Numbered from the stretch's first letter, positions 39,624-49,434 are shown. The stretch is 64,000 bases of DNA from Candidatus Poribacteria bacterium (GCA_963665845.2 OY762492.1:1856001-1920000), one strand, 5' to 3'. Numbers and translations: made by a program. Notes: generated by a model from the letters alone, not told the origin.

Positions 39624-41942
39624 TTATTTCAACAGAACCATGCGCCGCGTTTCTGAAAAGCTGCCCGCCTCAATGCGGACGAAATACATCCCGCTTGCCG
39701 CTGCCGCGCCGAGGGCGTCTCTGCCGTCCCAGTACGCCGCTTTCTCTTTAGCGCGGTAGGAACCTGCCGGCAATTTGCCCAGTTCCAACCGCCTTACGGT
39801 TTGACCCGCCGAGTCGTAGATCGTTATCGTCACGGCGCTTTCTTGCACCAAATCGAACGGAATCCACGTTTCAGGGTTGAACGGGTTCGGGTAATTCGGG
39901 AGAAGCGCATTCTTCAAAAGAAGAGGCGAATTCGGACGCTTCACGTCTGACCAGAAAACAGGTTGATCTTCAAATCTCCATAGCAGAACGCGCCCATCCT
40001 TCCCGCCGCTCACAAGCGAACGGCTGTCGGGAGAAAACGCAACCGAGTTCACCCACCCGACATGCCCCGTCAACGTGTTTTCCAGCTCATACGTCTCGCC
40101 GTTCCAGATGCGTATCGCGCCCCCTTCGTCCGCGGCAGCGATAAGCCCTCCGTCAGGCGAATAGGCGGCGGAGCGGATCAACCCGTCATGCCCTCTCATC
40201 TCCGCCTTCAGTTCGCCGCTGGATATATCCCAGAGACGCGCCGCCGAGTCGTCTCCTCCGGTCAAAAGCGCGCGGCCGTCCGGCGAGAAGGCGAGCGCCC
40301 TCACAACCTCTCCATCCGCAAACGTTCGAATCAGATCGCCCGATTCGGAATGCCATAAAAACGCCCCGTCGTTTCCGCCGACCGCCAGCATACTCCCGTC
40401 CGGCGAATACGCAAGCGAACGCGCGCTCCGCTGATCGCCTTTCAGCTCCGCAGACGCCCCGCCCGAATCGATCCGCCATATATAAACGCCTTTGCGTTGA
40501 GAGTTGGGATTAATGAACGCGATCGATTTGCCGTCCGGCGAAAACGTGAACGACCGCGATTCGTAGTCTGCCAACTCCGCTGCGATCTCCCCCGTCTCGG
40601 CATTTTTAATCTGTATGCCTCTGTCCGATACAAGGGAGGCAATCCATCGACCGTCATGCGAAAACTCCGCATGCCCCCCGTAAGTCCAGTACTTCGCCTT
40701 TTCCCGCCCCGTTAAAAGATCCCAAATCCGAATCGACCTGTCCCCGGACCAGATGCGCATAGGCGAGCTGAGGATGCAGCGGCCGTCAGGAGAAAAAGAA
40801 ACGGACTCAATCGGCGTGTGGTTCGCGGGCGCCTCCCCTTTCACCTCTCCTGTCTCGATGTCCCAGACGCGCGTTCTGGACCGATCATAGCCATCCCAAA
40901 CGACGGTTGAAGAGGCGGCTGTCCGTCCGTCCGGCGACAGCGTTGTACCGTATACGCTCCCGTTAAACGTCGAGACGAGGTTCCCCGTCTCCGCATCCCA
41001 AATTTGCCCCGTATTCGAATCGAAGCCGACGACCAACTTGCCGCTGTCTTCTGAGAAGAAAGGCTGCGCATACGTATTGGACGGCCTTCGATTTGTCTGT
41101 AAAATCATTCCCGTTTCCAGTTCCCACAGCGCAACGATCTGGCTGCCGCTCACGCTCAACAGCCTTCGTCCGTCGGGAGAGAACGCGGCTTGGCTCAAAT
41201 CTCCGCCAAAAGACAATCTCATCGTACCTGTTTCCAAGTCCCATATCTCTGCCGTTCCGGTTGCGTCGCGGTCTTCTCTTTTGAAGCGAACGAGCGCCAT
41301 TGACCGGTTGTCGGGAAGGAACGCAATGCGGTACCGATACTCCAAAACCTGTCCAGGAATGCTGATCTGATGTTTCATCTGCAGCGTTTCAGCGTTCCAA
41401 ATAATAACGCCGCCTTTCCAGGAGCCGGCAATCAGCCGCCCGTCATGCGAATGAATCAGCGAATCAAGATGAACGCCGACATTTTCCAATTTTCCCATCA
41501 TCTCCCCAGACATCAAATCCCAGACGCTCAAAGCGTTGGAATAGTCGTAGACAGCGATCGTTCGCCGGTCCGGCGACAGGGCGACATCCCAACAAATGCC
41601 CAGTTGATCGGAAATCGGGAGACGCTCGCCGGTCTTCACATCATGCGCCTGCAGCCTGTAAAAGCTGGAGCTGACAAGATAGCGGCTATCCGGCCAAAAG
41701 CGCATCCAGTCCACCTCCGCATGATGCCCTGCCAGCGTCCGTATGAGCGTTCCTGTTGAGTAGCGCCAGAGCTGTATTGTTCCGCTGTCCCCGCCGCTCG
41801 CAAGCGTTTTTCCGTCCGGCGACAACGCCAACGAAGCGATCGTTCCTGGATGCGTCCCAACAACCTTCTGCGCAAAACCGTTCTCAACCGGCAGCCAAAA
41901 TGCCGCTAACGCCGCCAAAATCGACACCGCAGCCCGTCTCAT
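39624..41942 (-). CDS. Secreted WD40-repeat protein with CTD (copy 3)
   Basis: Same architecture; closest to copy 6. Confidence 0.92.
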   Translation of the reverse strand: MRRAAVSILAALAAFWLPVENGFAQKVVGTHPGTIASLALSPDGKTLASGGDSGTIQLWRYSTGTLIRTLAGHHAEVDWMRFWPDSRYLVSSSFYRLQAHDVKTGERLPISDQLGICWDVALSPDRRTIAVYDYSNALSVWDLMSGEMMGKLENVGVHLDSLIHSHDGRLIAGSWKGGVIIWNAETLQMKHQISIPGQVLEYRYRIAFLPDNRSMALVRFKREDRDATGTAEIWDLETGTMRLSFGGDLSQAAFSPDGRRLLSVSGSQIVALWELETGMILQTNRRPSNTYAQPFFSEDSGKLVVGFDSNTGQIWDAETGNLVSTFNGSVYGTTLSPDGRTAASSTVVWDGYDRSRTRVWDIETGEVKGEAPANHTPIESVSFSPDGRCILSSPMRIWSGDRSIRIWDLLTGREKAKYWTYGGHAEFSHDGRWIASLVSDRGIQIKNAETGEIAAELADYESRSFTFSPDGKSIAFINPNSQRKGVYIWRIDSGGASAELKGDQRSARSLAYSPDGSMLAVGGNDGAFLWHSESGDLIRTFADGEVVRALAFSPDGRALLTGGDDSAARLWDISSGELKAEMRGHDGLIRSAAYSPDGGLIAAADEGGAIRIWNGETYELENTLTGHVGWVNSVAFSPDSRSLVSGGKDGRVLLWRFEDQPVFWSDVKRPNSPLLLKNALLPNYPNPFNPETWIPFDLVQESAVTITIYDSAGQTVRRLELGKLPAGSYRAKEKAAYWDGRDALGAAAASGMYFVRIEAGSFSETRRMVLLK

Positions 41943-41957
41943 CGTCCATTCTCCTCT

Positions 41958-44306
41958 TTATTTCAACAGAACCATGCGCCGCGTTTCTGAAAAACTGCCC
42001 GCCTCAATGCGGACGAAATAGACGCCGCTGGCGGCGGGCGCGCCGAGGGCGTCCCTGCCGTCCCAGTATGCCGCTTTCTCTTTAGCGCGGTAGGAACCCG
42101 CCGCTAATTGCCCCATCTCCATGCGCCTGACCATTTGACCCGCCGAGTTGTAGACCGAGATCGTCACGGCGCTTTCTTGCGCCAGATCGAACGGTATCCA
42201 CGTTTCGGGGTTGAACGGGTTTGGGTAATTCGGGAGGAGCGCGTTCTTGAAAAGAAGAGGCGAATTCGGACGCTTCACGTCTGACCAGAAAACAGGTTGA
42301 TCTTCAAATCTCCACAGCAGGACGCGGCCGTCTTTTCCGCCGCTCACAAGCGAACGGCTGTCGGGAGAAAACGCAACCGAATTCACATGCCCGAAATGCC
42401 CCCTCAATGTCTTCTCCAGCTGAAACGTCTTGGCGCTCCAAATCCGTACCGTTCCGTCTTTGCCTGCGCTGGCGATACGCTGTCCGTCAGGCGAATACGC
42501 TACAGCATGGACGGCGCCCTCATGTCCGGTCATCTTTCCTCTCAAGGCGCCGTTCTTTGCGCTCCAGACGCGCACAATCGAATCCTCGTCTCCAACCGCT
42601 ATGGATCCCCCGCTCGGCGACAACGCCAGCGCATAATCCGCATAAATAGACCCAACCTCTTCCACGGTTCGAAGAATCTCCCTCGTCTTCACATCCCAAA
42701 GATGGACGCTTCCCCTGCCAACGGCAGCTAAAACGCTTCCGTCTTTTGAAAACTTCAGCTCCGAAGCCCGCCCGCTCGGAGCCGTGAGCGCCTCCTCCGC
42801 CTTCCCCGTTAAGATGTCCAGAAAGCGCACGATCCCTTGTTTATGAGCAGTGTCGTTAAAGGCGAGCGTCTTTCCGTCAGGAGAATAGGCAAACGAACTC
42901 GGAGAGCGGTCGCTCAATTCCAAGATCGGTTTTCCCGTCTCCGCGTCCCATACGCCGATCGCATAACGACCCGGTCTGACGCAGGCAACGGTCCGCCCGT
43001 CCGGCGAAAACGCGGAAGGTCCAGGATAGGCTTTGATATTCCTTTTCTCCTCCCCGGCGGAGACATCCCAAATGCGAATGGCATCGTCCAAGGACCAAAG
43101 CCCTCCTTCGGCGCACGAGCTGGCGACAAAGCGCCCGTCCGGCGAAAACGATAAAGACGCAATCTCCGAACTCCCCCATACTGAGAATTGAGCGGTTTGC
43201 CGCCCTTGAATGTCCCAGCGAGTGTACTCTGTGTCTTGAAACGGCGCGCTCCTCCTCGTTAACAGACCATTTGACGACAACAAAATTCGGTTCCGATGGC
43301 CGCTCTCTACGACCGACAACAGCTTTTTTGCCTCCATATCCCAAATTTGAATTGTCCTCGTACCGCTTTCCCTGTTGTCTCTTGAAGCGGCCATGAGCCT
43401 GCTGTCCGATGAAAAAATCGGTCGGCTAAAGCCCTCCTCAAACGCGATCAACTCCTCTCCCGTTCTCAAATCCCAAAGACGCGCCTTCCCGCCGCTGTAC
43501 GCCGTTAGGGCGCTTCCGTCCGGCGCTAACATGGCATCCGTGAGACCTTCCCCAAACTCAAACCGATTCTGCCCAGTCTCCGCATCCCAAACATGGACAG
43601 CGGCATGATCCTTTTGATCGTACCTTGTATGGCTAAGGCTGGCGATCAATCGGTTGCCGGGGAGGAACGCAATGCGGTAATCATGCAGATACGGCCGCCA
43701 TAACCGCGAATCAACCGGCGTTTTGAAGCGCGTTTTCAATTGACCCGCCGCCGCGTCCCAAATATAAACACTCTCATTCCCGGCGCCGGCGACGAGCCTT
43801 CCGTCATGCGAAAAAACAAGACCGTAAATACGATCGCTCACCGGCTCCATCTCTCTTTTCAGCTGCCCCGTTTCCACATCCCAAAGCTGTATTGCGTTGT
43901 CCGATTTCTCGGCGGCGATCGTCTGCCCGTCAGGAGAAAATGCGAATGCGCCGACGCTGTCCAATTCTTCCGATACCGACTTCAGCTTCCCATTCGCCGC
44001 ATCCCAAATGCGGATTTCTAAAAAACTAAACACAGCAAGATACCGGCCGCCCCCCTTGAACCCCAACCACTCGCCTTCCCATCTAGGCGCCTCCATCGAA
44101 TGAATCATGCGCCCTGTTTGAGCGTCCCAGATCCGCACAAGCCTATTTGTGTCCCCCGTTGCAAGCAGCTCCCCGTCAGACGACAACGCCGCCTGGTAAA
44201 TAGTTCCAGGATGCCGCCCAACAACCCTCTGCGCTTCCCCCTCGTCAACCAAGAGAAGCCAACACGCCAAGCCCGCCAATGCCAAACATGCCCCGCGTTT
44301 CATCAT
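41958..44306 (-). CDS. Secreted WD40-repeat protein with CTD (copy 2)
   Basis: Same architecture; likely start MMKRG at 44306 after AAGGAG. Confidence 0.92.
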   Translation of the reverse strand: MMKRGACLALAGLACWLLLVDEGEAQRVVGRHPGTIYQAALSSDGELLATGDTNRLVRIWDAQTGRMIHSMEAPRWEGEWLGFKGGGRYLAVFSFLEIRIWDAANGKLKSVSEELDSVGAFAFSPDGQTIAAEKSDNAIQLWDVETGQLKREMEPVSDRIYGLVFSHDGRLVAGAGNESVYIWDAAAGQLKTRFKTPVDSRLWRPYLHDYRIAFLPGNRLIASLSHTRYDQKDHAAVHVWDAETGQNRFEFGEGLTDAMLAPDGSALTAYSGGKARLWDLRTGEELIAFEEGFSRPIFSSDSRLMAASRDNRESGTRTIQIWDMEAKKLLSVVESGHRNRILLSSNGLLTRRSAPFQDTEYTRWDIQGRQTAQFSVWGSSEIASLSFSPDGRFVASSCAEGGLWSLDDAIRIWDVSAGEEKRNIKAYPGPSAFSPDGRTVACVRPGRYAIGVWDAETGKPILELSDRSPSSFAYSPDGKTLAFNDTAHKQGIVRFLDILTGKAEEALTAPSGRASELKFSKDGSVLAAVGRGSVHLWDVKTREILRTVEEVGSIYADYALALSPSGGSIAVGDEDSIVRVWSAKNGALRGKMTGHEGAVHAVAYSPDGQRIASAGKDGTVRIWSAKTFQLEKTLRGHFGHVNSVAFSPDSRSLVSGGKDGRVLLWRFEDQPVFWSDVKRPNSPLLFKNALLPNYPNPFNPETWIPFDLAQESAVTISVYNSAGQMVRRMEMGQLAAGSYRAKEKAAYWDGRDALGAPAASGVYFVRIEAGSFSETRRMVLLK

Positions 44307-44317
44307 CCAATCTCCTT

Positions 44318-46651
44318 TCATTTTAAAAGAACCATGCGCCGCGTTTCTGAAAAGCTGCCCGCCTCAATGCGGACGAAATAGACGCCGCTGGCGGCGGGCG
44401 CGCCGAGGGCGTCCCTGCCGTCCCAGTACGCCGCCTTCTCTTTAGCGCGGTAGGAACCTGCCGGCAATTTGCCCAGTTCCAACCGCCTTACGGTTTGACC
44501 CGCCGAGTCGTAGATCGTTATCGTCACGGCGCTTTCTTGCGCCAAATCGAACGGAATCCACGTTTCAGGGTTGAACGGGTTTGGGTAATTCGGCAGAAGC
44601 GCGTTCTTCAAAAGAAGAGGCGAATTCGGGCGTTTAACGTCTGACCATAAAACAGGTTGATCTTCAAACCTCCACAGCAGGACGCGGCCGTCTTTTCCGC
44701 CGCTCACAAGCGATTTGCTGTCGGGAGAAAACGCAACCGCGTTCACCCACCCGACATGACCCCTCAACGTCTTCTTCAGCGCAAACGTTTTGGCGCTCCA
44801 GATCCGTACCGTCCCGTCCTTTCCTCCGCTGGCGATACGCTGTCCGTCAGGCGAGTACGCCAAGGCATGAACGGCGCCCTCATGACCAATCATCTTTCCT
44901 GTCAACGCGCCGTTCTTCGCGCTCCAGACGCGCGCGACCGAGTCTTCTCCTGCAACCGCTATCGATTCCCCGCTCGGCGACAACGCCAGCGCATGAACAT
45001 ACCCGAACCCTTCCACCGTTCGAAGAATCTCCCGTGTCTCCATATCCCAAAGATAGACCTTCTCCTCGCTCCCAGAAGCGGCTAACAAGCTTCCGTCTCT
45101 TGAAAACGTCAGCTTAGAAATCCATCTGCTAGGAGACATGAGCGTCTCCTCCGCCTTCCCGGTTGAGATGTCTAAGAAACGCACGACCTCTTGTTTCTTG
45201 ACCGCGTCATCGAAGGCGAGCGTCTTTCCGTCAGGAGAATAGGCAAACGAACTGGGAGAGTAGCCGTTCAATTCCACGATCTGCTCGCCTGTTTCGGCGT
45301 CCCATACGCCGATCGTGTCATCATGGCTGACGCCGGCGACGGTCCGCCCGTCCGGCGAAAATATGGACGGTTCAGAATAGGTACGGATATGCCTCTTTTC
45401 CTCCGCGGTTGAAACGTCCCAGATGCGAATGCCTTCATCTGTGAGCCATATATCGTTGCAGGAGCTGGCAACAAAAAGCCCGTCCGGCGAAAACGACAAC
45501 GACTCAATTTCCGAAGTACCCGCAACTGAGAATTGAGCGGTCTCCCGTCCCTGTATGTCCATACGAGTGAACTCTGCCGCTCGAAGCACCATGATCATCC
45601 TCGTCAACAACAGACCATTTGACGACAGCAAAATATAGTACTGATCGCGGTTCTCTATGACCGACGCCAGATCCCTTGCCTTCACATCCCAAATTTGAAT
45701 CGTCCTCGTATCGCTTTCCCTGTCGTATCTTGAAGCGGCCATGAACCTGCTGTCTGGTGAAAAACCTGATGGGCCAAACCCCTCCTCAAACTCGATCAGC
45801 TCCTCTCCAGTTCTGAGGTCCCAAAGACTGGCCTTTCCGTCGTTGCGCGCCGCGAGCGCGCTTCCGTCCGGCGCAAATCTGGCTCCCGTGAGATAGCCGC
45901 CAAACTCAAGCAGATTCTGTCCCGTTTCCGCATCCCAAACATGGACAACCGCAATATCCTGTCGGTCGTGTATGGTACGGGTAAGGCTGGCGATGGAGCG
46001 GTTGTCTGAAAGGAACGCAATGCGGTAATCCCGCGGATACAATATCCCCCTATCCAGCGAGTCGACCGGCGTCTTGAAGCGCGTTTTCAGCTCCCCTGTC
46101 GCCGCGTCCCAAATATAAACGCCCTCCTCCCCGGCGCCGGCAACAAGCCGCCCGTCATGCGAAAAAACAAGCGATTCCACCTCCTCGATGACAGCCTCCA
46201 GCTCCCTCTTCAGCGCCCCCGTTTCCACATCCCAAAGCCGTATGGGGGCGTCCCATTTATTGGCGGCGACGGTCCGCCCGTCAGGAGAGAAAGCGAACGG
46301 ATAGACGCGGTCCAATTCGCGCGAAACAGCCTTCAGCTCCCCCGACGCCGCGTCCCAAATGCGAAGGTTTAAAAAACTGTACGCAACAAGATAGCGGCCG
46401 CCCTTGAACCACAGCCTGTCCACTTCCTGACGAAACTCTGCCATCGAATGAATTATCCGCCCGGTTCGAGCGTCTACAAGCCGCACAATCCCATTCGAGT
46501 CGCCCGCCGCAAGCAGCTCGCCGTCAGCGGACAATGCCGCTGCCATGACAGACCCAGGATGCCGCCCAACAACTCTCTGCGCTTCCCCCTCGTCAACCAA
46601 GAGAAGCCAACACGCCAAGCCCGCCAAAATACAGATCGCCGTTCGCCTCAT
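44318..46651 (-). CDS. Secreted WD40-repeat protein with CTD (copy 1)
   Basis: Same architecture; likely start MRRT at 46651 after AAGGAG. Confidence 0.92.
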   Translation of the reverse strand: MRRTAICILAGLACWLLLVDEGEAQRVVGRHPGSVMAAALSADGELLAAGDSNGIVRLVDARTGRIIHSMAEFRQEVDRLWFKGGRYLVAYSFLNLRIWDAASGELKAVSRELDRVYPFAFSPDGRTVAANKWDAPIRLWDVETGALKRELEAVIEEVESLVFSHDGRLVAGAGEEGVYIWDAATGELKTRFKTPVDSLDRGILYPRDYRIAFLSDNRSIASLTRTIHDRQDIAVVHVWDAETGQNLLEFGGYLTGARFAPDGSALAARNDGKASLWDLRTGEELIEFEEGFGPSGFSPDSRFMAASRYDRESDTRTIQIWDVKARDLASVIENRDQYYILLSSNGLLLTRMIMVLRAAEFTRMDIQGRETAQFSVAGTSEIESLSFSPDGLFVASSCNDIWLTDEGIRIWDVSTAEEKRHIRTYSEPSIFSPDGRTVAGVSHDDTIGVWDAETGEQIVELNGYSPSSFAYSPDGKTLAFDDAVKKQEVVRFLDISTGKAEETLMSPSRWISKLTFSRDGSLLAASGSEEKVYLWDMETREILRTVEGFGYVHALALSPSGESIAVAGEDSVARVWSAKNGALTGKMIGHEGAVHALAYSPDGQRIASGGKDGTVRIWSAKTFALKKTLRGHVGWVNAVAFSPDSKSLVSGGKDGRVLLWRFEDQPVLWSDVKRPNSPLLLKNALLPNYPNPFNPETWIPFDLAQESAVTITIYDSAGQTVRRLELGKLPAGSYRAKEKAAYWDGRDALGAPAASGVYFVRIEAGSFSETRRMVLLK

Positions 46652-46687
46652 CGTCCCAGCTCCTTCCACGCCTATTCAGGAGCGTTA

Positions 46688-46703
46688 CGCAAAAAGGGCG
46701 CCA
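46688..46703 (-). promoter_or_regulatory. Putative sigma-54 -24/-12 promoter
   Basis: Minus strand TGGCGCCCTTTTTGCG (GG-N10-GC), 36 bp before the first WD40 start. Confidence 0.75.
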
Positions 46704-46720
46704 ACAAAGCAGACCGATAT

Positions 46721-46789
46721 TGTCCAAATTGAGAGCGAAAACGGGAGCCGCTGTCCAAATTATGAACAGCGCTGTATCAAAAATGGACA
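46721..46789. promoter_or_regulatory. Putative enhancer-binding-protein sites (TGT-N11-ACA)
   Basis: TGTCCAAATTATGAACA (46752) and TGTATCAAAAATGGACA (46773), plus partial TGTCCAAATT (46721); spacings 21 and 31 bp. Confidence 0.6.
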
Positions 46790-46800
46790 GGCGCGGGGAT

Positions 46801-47058
46801 TTATTCGCCCAAGAGAGCGTTGATCGCGCGGGCGAGCGCGGCGTCTTTCTCCGTCACGGCGTCCGCGTCATGCGTCCATAACGAAAACACGGTGGTGCGG
46901 TACACATTCAGAATTTCAGGGTGGTGATCCATCCGCTCCGCCTCATAGCCGACCGCGTTGATCAAGAGCAGCGCCGACTTAAAATCGCGCGTCTTCACCT
47001 CCCGAACGAGCCGCCCGTCTTTCATCTCCCAGCCGGGAACGTTCCATTTTTCTGCCAT
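46801..47058 (-). CDS. Pterin-4-alpha-carbinolamine dehydratase
   Basis: AERMDHHPEI...WTHDADAVTEKD motif; likely start MAEKW. Confidence 0.9.
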   Translation of the reverse strand: MAEKWNVPGWEMKDGRLVREVKTRDFKSALLLINAVGYEAERMDHHPEILNVYRTTVFSLWTHDADAVTEKDAALARAINALLGE

Positions 47059-47105
47059 TATCGGTATCCTTTCTATGTTTATGATACCATGGAGCCGCAT
47101 ACGAC

Positions 47106-47981
47106 ATGAACGATACAAGCCCCCGCCGCTTCCCTCTTTACGGCGTTCTTGGGCTGGCGCTCATTCTCGCCGCCCAAGCATGCGCCGCATACGATTATTT
47201 CAACGACGGCGCCAACGCCGCCGCCCATCGCGTCAGCCTCCATGCAACCGCAATCTGCTGGTGGGGGTATATCCTATTCATCGACGCATGGATACGGCGC
47301 ATGAAAGGCGAGTCGCTCCTGACGACGCGCCGCGCCGAGTTTGCCGTCATGCTGCCGCTTTCCGTTATTTTTTGGGTTCTGTTTGAGTTTTACAACTTCC
47401 ATCTCATCAACTGGCGGTACGAGGGGCTGTCGCATCTTCACTGGGAGCGGATCATCGGGTCGACAGCGGCGTTTGCGACCGTCCTGCCGGGCGTCCTGCT
47501 GACAAGCGAATGGCTGGACGCAAAGGGTGTTTTCCGCAACCTGAAAATCGAACCGCTGCGCGTCGACGGACGGCTCACCTTCGGGCTGATCCTGTTCGGG
47601 ACGGTATGCGCGGTCGTTCCGCTCATGCTGCCGCAGGCGTGGGCGAAATACGCCTTCGCGCCGGTTTGGATCGCGTACGCGTTCATGCTGGATCCGATCA
47701 ACCGCGCGAACGGGGCGCCCTCCTTGCTCGCCGACTTTGAACGCGGGCACCTGGGAAAGGCGGCGTCTCTCTTTGCGGCGGGACTGCTCTGCGGCTTCTG
47801 GTGGGAATCATGGAACTGGTTTGCGGCGGCGAAATGGAAATACCAGGCTCCGTTCACGCCCGGCATCTCCATCTTTGAGATGCCGATGGCGGGCTTTTTG
47901 GGCTTCGCGCCGTTTGCATGGGAGCTGTATGCGATGTACCATTTTGTATGGGCGGTTGGGCGGTCGCCGCGGAGGAAATGA
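47106..47981 (+). CDS. Conserved hypothetical integral membrane protein
   Basis: About 8 TM segments; internal repeat FEFYN...NWRY / WESWN...KWKY; FEMP..GFLGF.PF. Confidence 0.75.
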   Translation: MNDTSPRRFPLYGVLGLALILAAQACAAYDYFNDGANAAAHRVSLHATAICWWGYILFIDAWIRRMKGESLLTTRRAEFAVMLPLSVIFWVLFEFYNFHLINWRYEGLSHLHWERIIGSTAAFATVLPGVLLTSEWLDAKGVFRNLKIEPLRVDGRLTFGLILFGTVCAVVPLMLPQAWAKYAFAPVWIAYAFMLDPINRANGAPSLLADFERGHLGKAASLFAAGLLCGFWWESWNWFAAAKWKYQAPFTPGISIFEMPMAGFLGFAPFAWELYAMYHFVWAVGRSPRRK

Positions 47982-48036
47982 GGCGATCTGCCGTCTGGAA
48001 ACATCAGCGAATTCGATTCGCTCCAAGGCGTCTTTA

Positions 48037-48045
48037 TGCTATACT
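48037..48045 (+). promoter_or_regulatory. Putative extended -10 element
   Basis: TGcTATACT ~25 bp upstream of AGGAGAG-ATG at 48070. Confidence 0.45.
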
Positions 48046-48069
48046 CAAGACACGGCAGAGGAGAGATTT

Positions 48070-49044
48070 ATGCAGCGAAACGGCAACGGGTTCGGGCTTG
48101 TCATGTCGGACATCATGGAGGCGATCGTTGATCCCGCTAGGTTTCGAGAGCGGTTCGAGCGCGTCACAGAAGAGTTGGAGCGCGCCCGAGAGAAATACGA
48201 TGCTGAAGAAAATAAGATTTTAGAGAAGGTCGATACGGGCGAATTTGACCGCATCATTGAGGCGGAGACGGACAGCAATGCAGAGGTTAGAGCGGCGCGG
48301 ACAGAAATAGAGAACGCAAAAGAAGCGTATAAGAGCGCAAGGCTGAACCCAGAAATTTCTCCAGCCGAAAAGCTGCGCCTGTGGGAAGCATTAAAAGACG
48401 CTGAAGACACCCATTACCAAGCGCGGCATCAGGCGCAAGAAGAAGCGCTAGAGCGAATGCGCGCCCCGATGACACGCGCTAAAGCCGAAGTCGACAAGCT
48501 CGGTACTGAGCTGAAGCAGATGCAGCCGGCGTACTATTTCCTGAAAATGGACGACCGGCTGAAGGCGGTGGAGAGCCGAACAGAGGGGATTGAAACGTAC
48601 AAGAGCCGAACAGATCATCTCTGGGGATCCGATCTGGAACGGGTGATGTCGAAGAAAATCGTCGGATACCTCCCAAGATGGAATCTCGGCAGGCATCGCA
48701 TGTTGCTGAGCGTATCTCGCGGCATGGATCCAGATTTCATGGACGATTTAATCAAGGCGCTGGACGAAAAGCGTGTGTCGAAAAAAGAGTATGAGCGCAT
48801 CTGCAATACCGACATCATCCTAAAGGCGACCGCATTGAACGGCGCCAAGGAGGAGGTGTGGGTCGCGCTGGAGGTCTCCGCGACCGTCAACGACGACGAT
48901 ATTGAACGCGCCGCCAACTCTGCCGAGATTCTGCAGCGCATACAGGAACGACGGGCGCTCGCTCTGGTCGCAGGATACAGTATCGCGGAGCCGCAGGTCG
49001 AAAAAGCCGGACAAGCGGGCGTTGAAGTTCTCGCGGTGAAATGA
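48070..49044 (+). CDS. Coiled-coil protein with C-terminal PD-(D/E)xK-like domain
   Basis: Long charged helical N-terminus; TDIILKA...VALEVSATVNDDDIERA...ALVAG. Confidence 0.65.
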   Translation: MQRNGNGFGLVMSDIMEAIVDPARFRERFERVTEELERAREKYDAEENKILEKVDTGEFDRIIEAETDSNAEVRAARTEIENAKEAYKSARLNPEISPAEKLRLWEALKDAEDTHYQARHQAQEEALERMRAPMTRAKAEVDKLGTELKQMQPAYYFLKMDDRLKAVESRTEGIETYKSRTDHLWGSDLERVMSKKIVGYLPRWNLGRHRMLLSVSRGMDPDFMDDLIKALDEKRVSKKEYERICNTDIILKATALNGAKEEVWVALEVSATVNDDDIERAANSAEILQRIQERRALALVAGYSIAEPQVEKAGQAGVEVLAVK

Positions 49045-49107
49045 AACGGCTTCGCGTCCGCGGATGGCGGGGCGGTCGCCGCGGAGGAGATGAGGCGATA
49101 AGACGCC

Positions 49108-49434
49108 TTACTCGGAAACATCCCTCCGTATGATTCCTGGTTTTATGCGTTTCCAGTTTCGTATGAATTTTCTGATTTCATCATGGTTTCCAACGCTGTA
49201 CCATACAACATTTCCATCCTCAAATTCGCCCTTTAAAAGTCCGATGATTCTTAAGCCGTTTGCGCGTATTTGGACGAGGTCTTTATGAGATTTAAGTTTT
49301 TTATATTGTAAGGCGCCCTGAAATACGGCGGGATTTTCGTTGAATCGGGCGATCGCTTTGTCTACTGCGTCTTTTGATTTTTTATCCAGCTTGTTATACG
49401 CCCGTTGAAATCGGACATCGAATCGGGAGCGCAT
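49108..49434 (-). CDS. RelE/ParE-superfamily toxin-like protein
   Basis: 108 aa, basic, AT-rich; RFQRAYNKLD...LQYKKLK...IRANGLRIIG...WYSVGNHDE. Confidence 0.72.
   Translation of the reverse strand: MRSRFDVRFQRAYNKLDKKSKDAVDKAIARFNENPAVFQGALQYKKLKSHKDLVQIRANGLRIIGLLKGEFEDGNVVWYSVGNHDEIRKFIRNWKRIKPGIIRRDVSE

Noticed and set aside
25487-46651. Diversity-generating retroelement or invertase-driven shufflon behind WD40 variation
   Set aside because: No reverse transcriptase, template repeat or recombinase in the window; all copies are full-length and co-oriented; differences are not confined to adenines.
47737-48069. N-terminal extension of the 435-aa ORF
   Set aside because: Overlaps the upstream membrane-protein gene; an RBS and extended -10 support the start at 48070.
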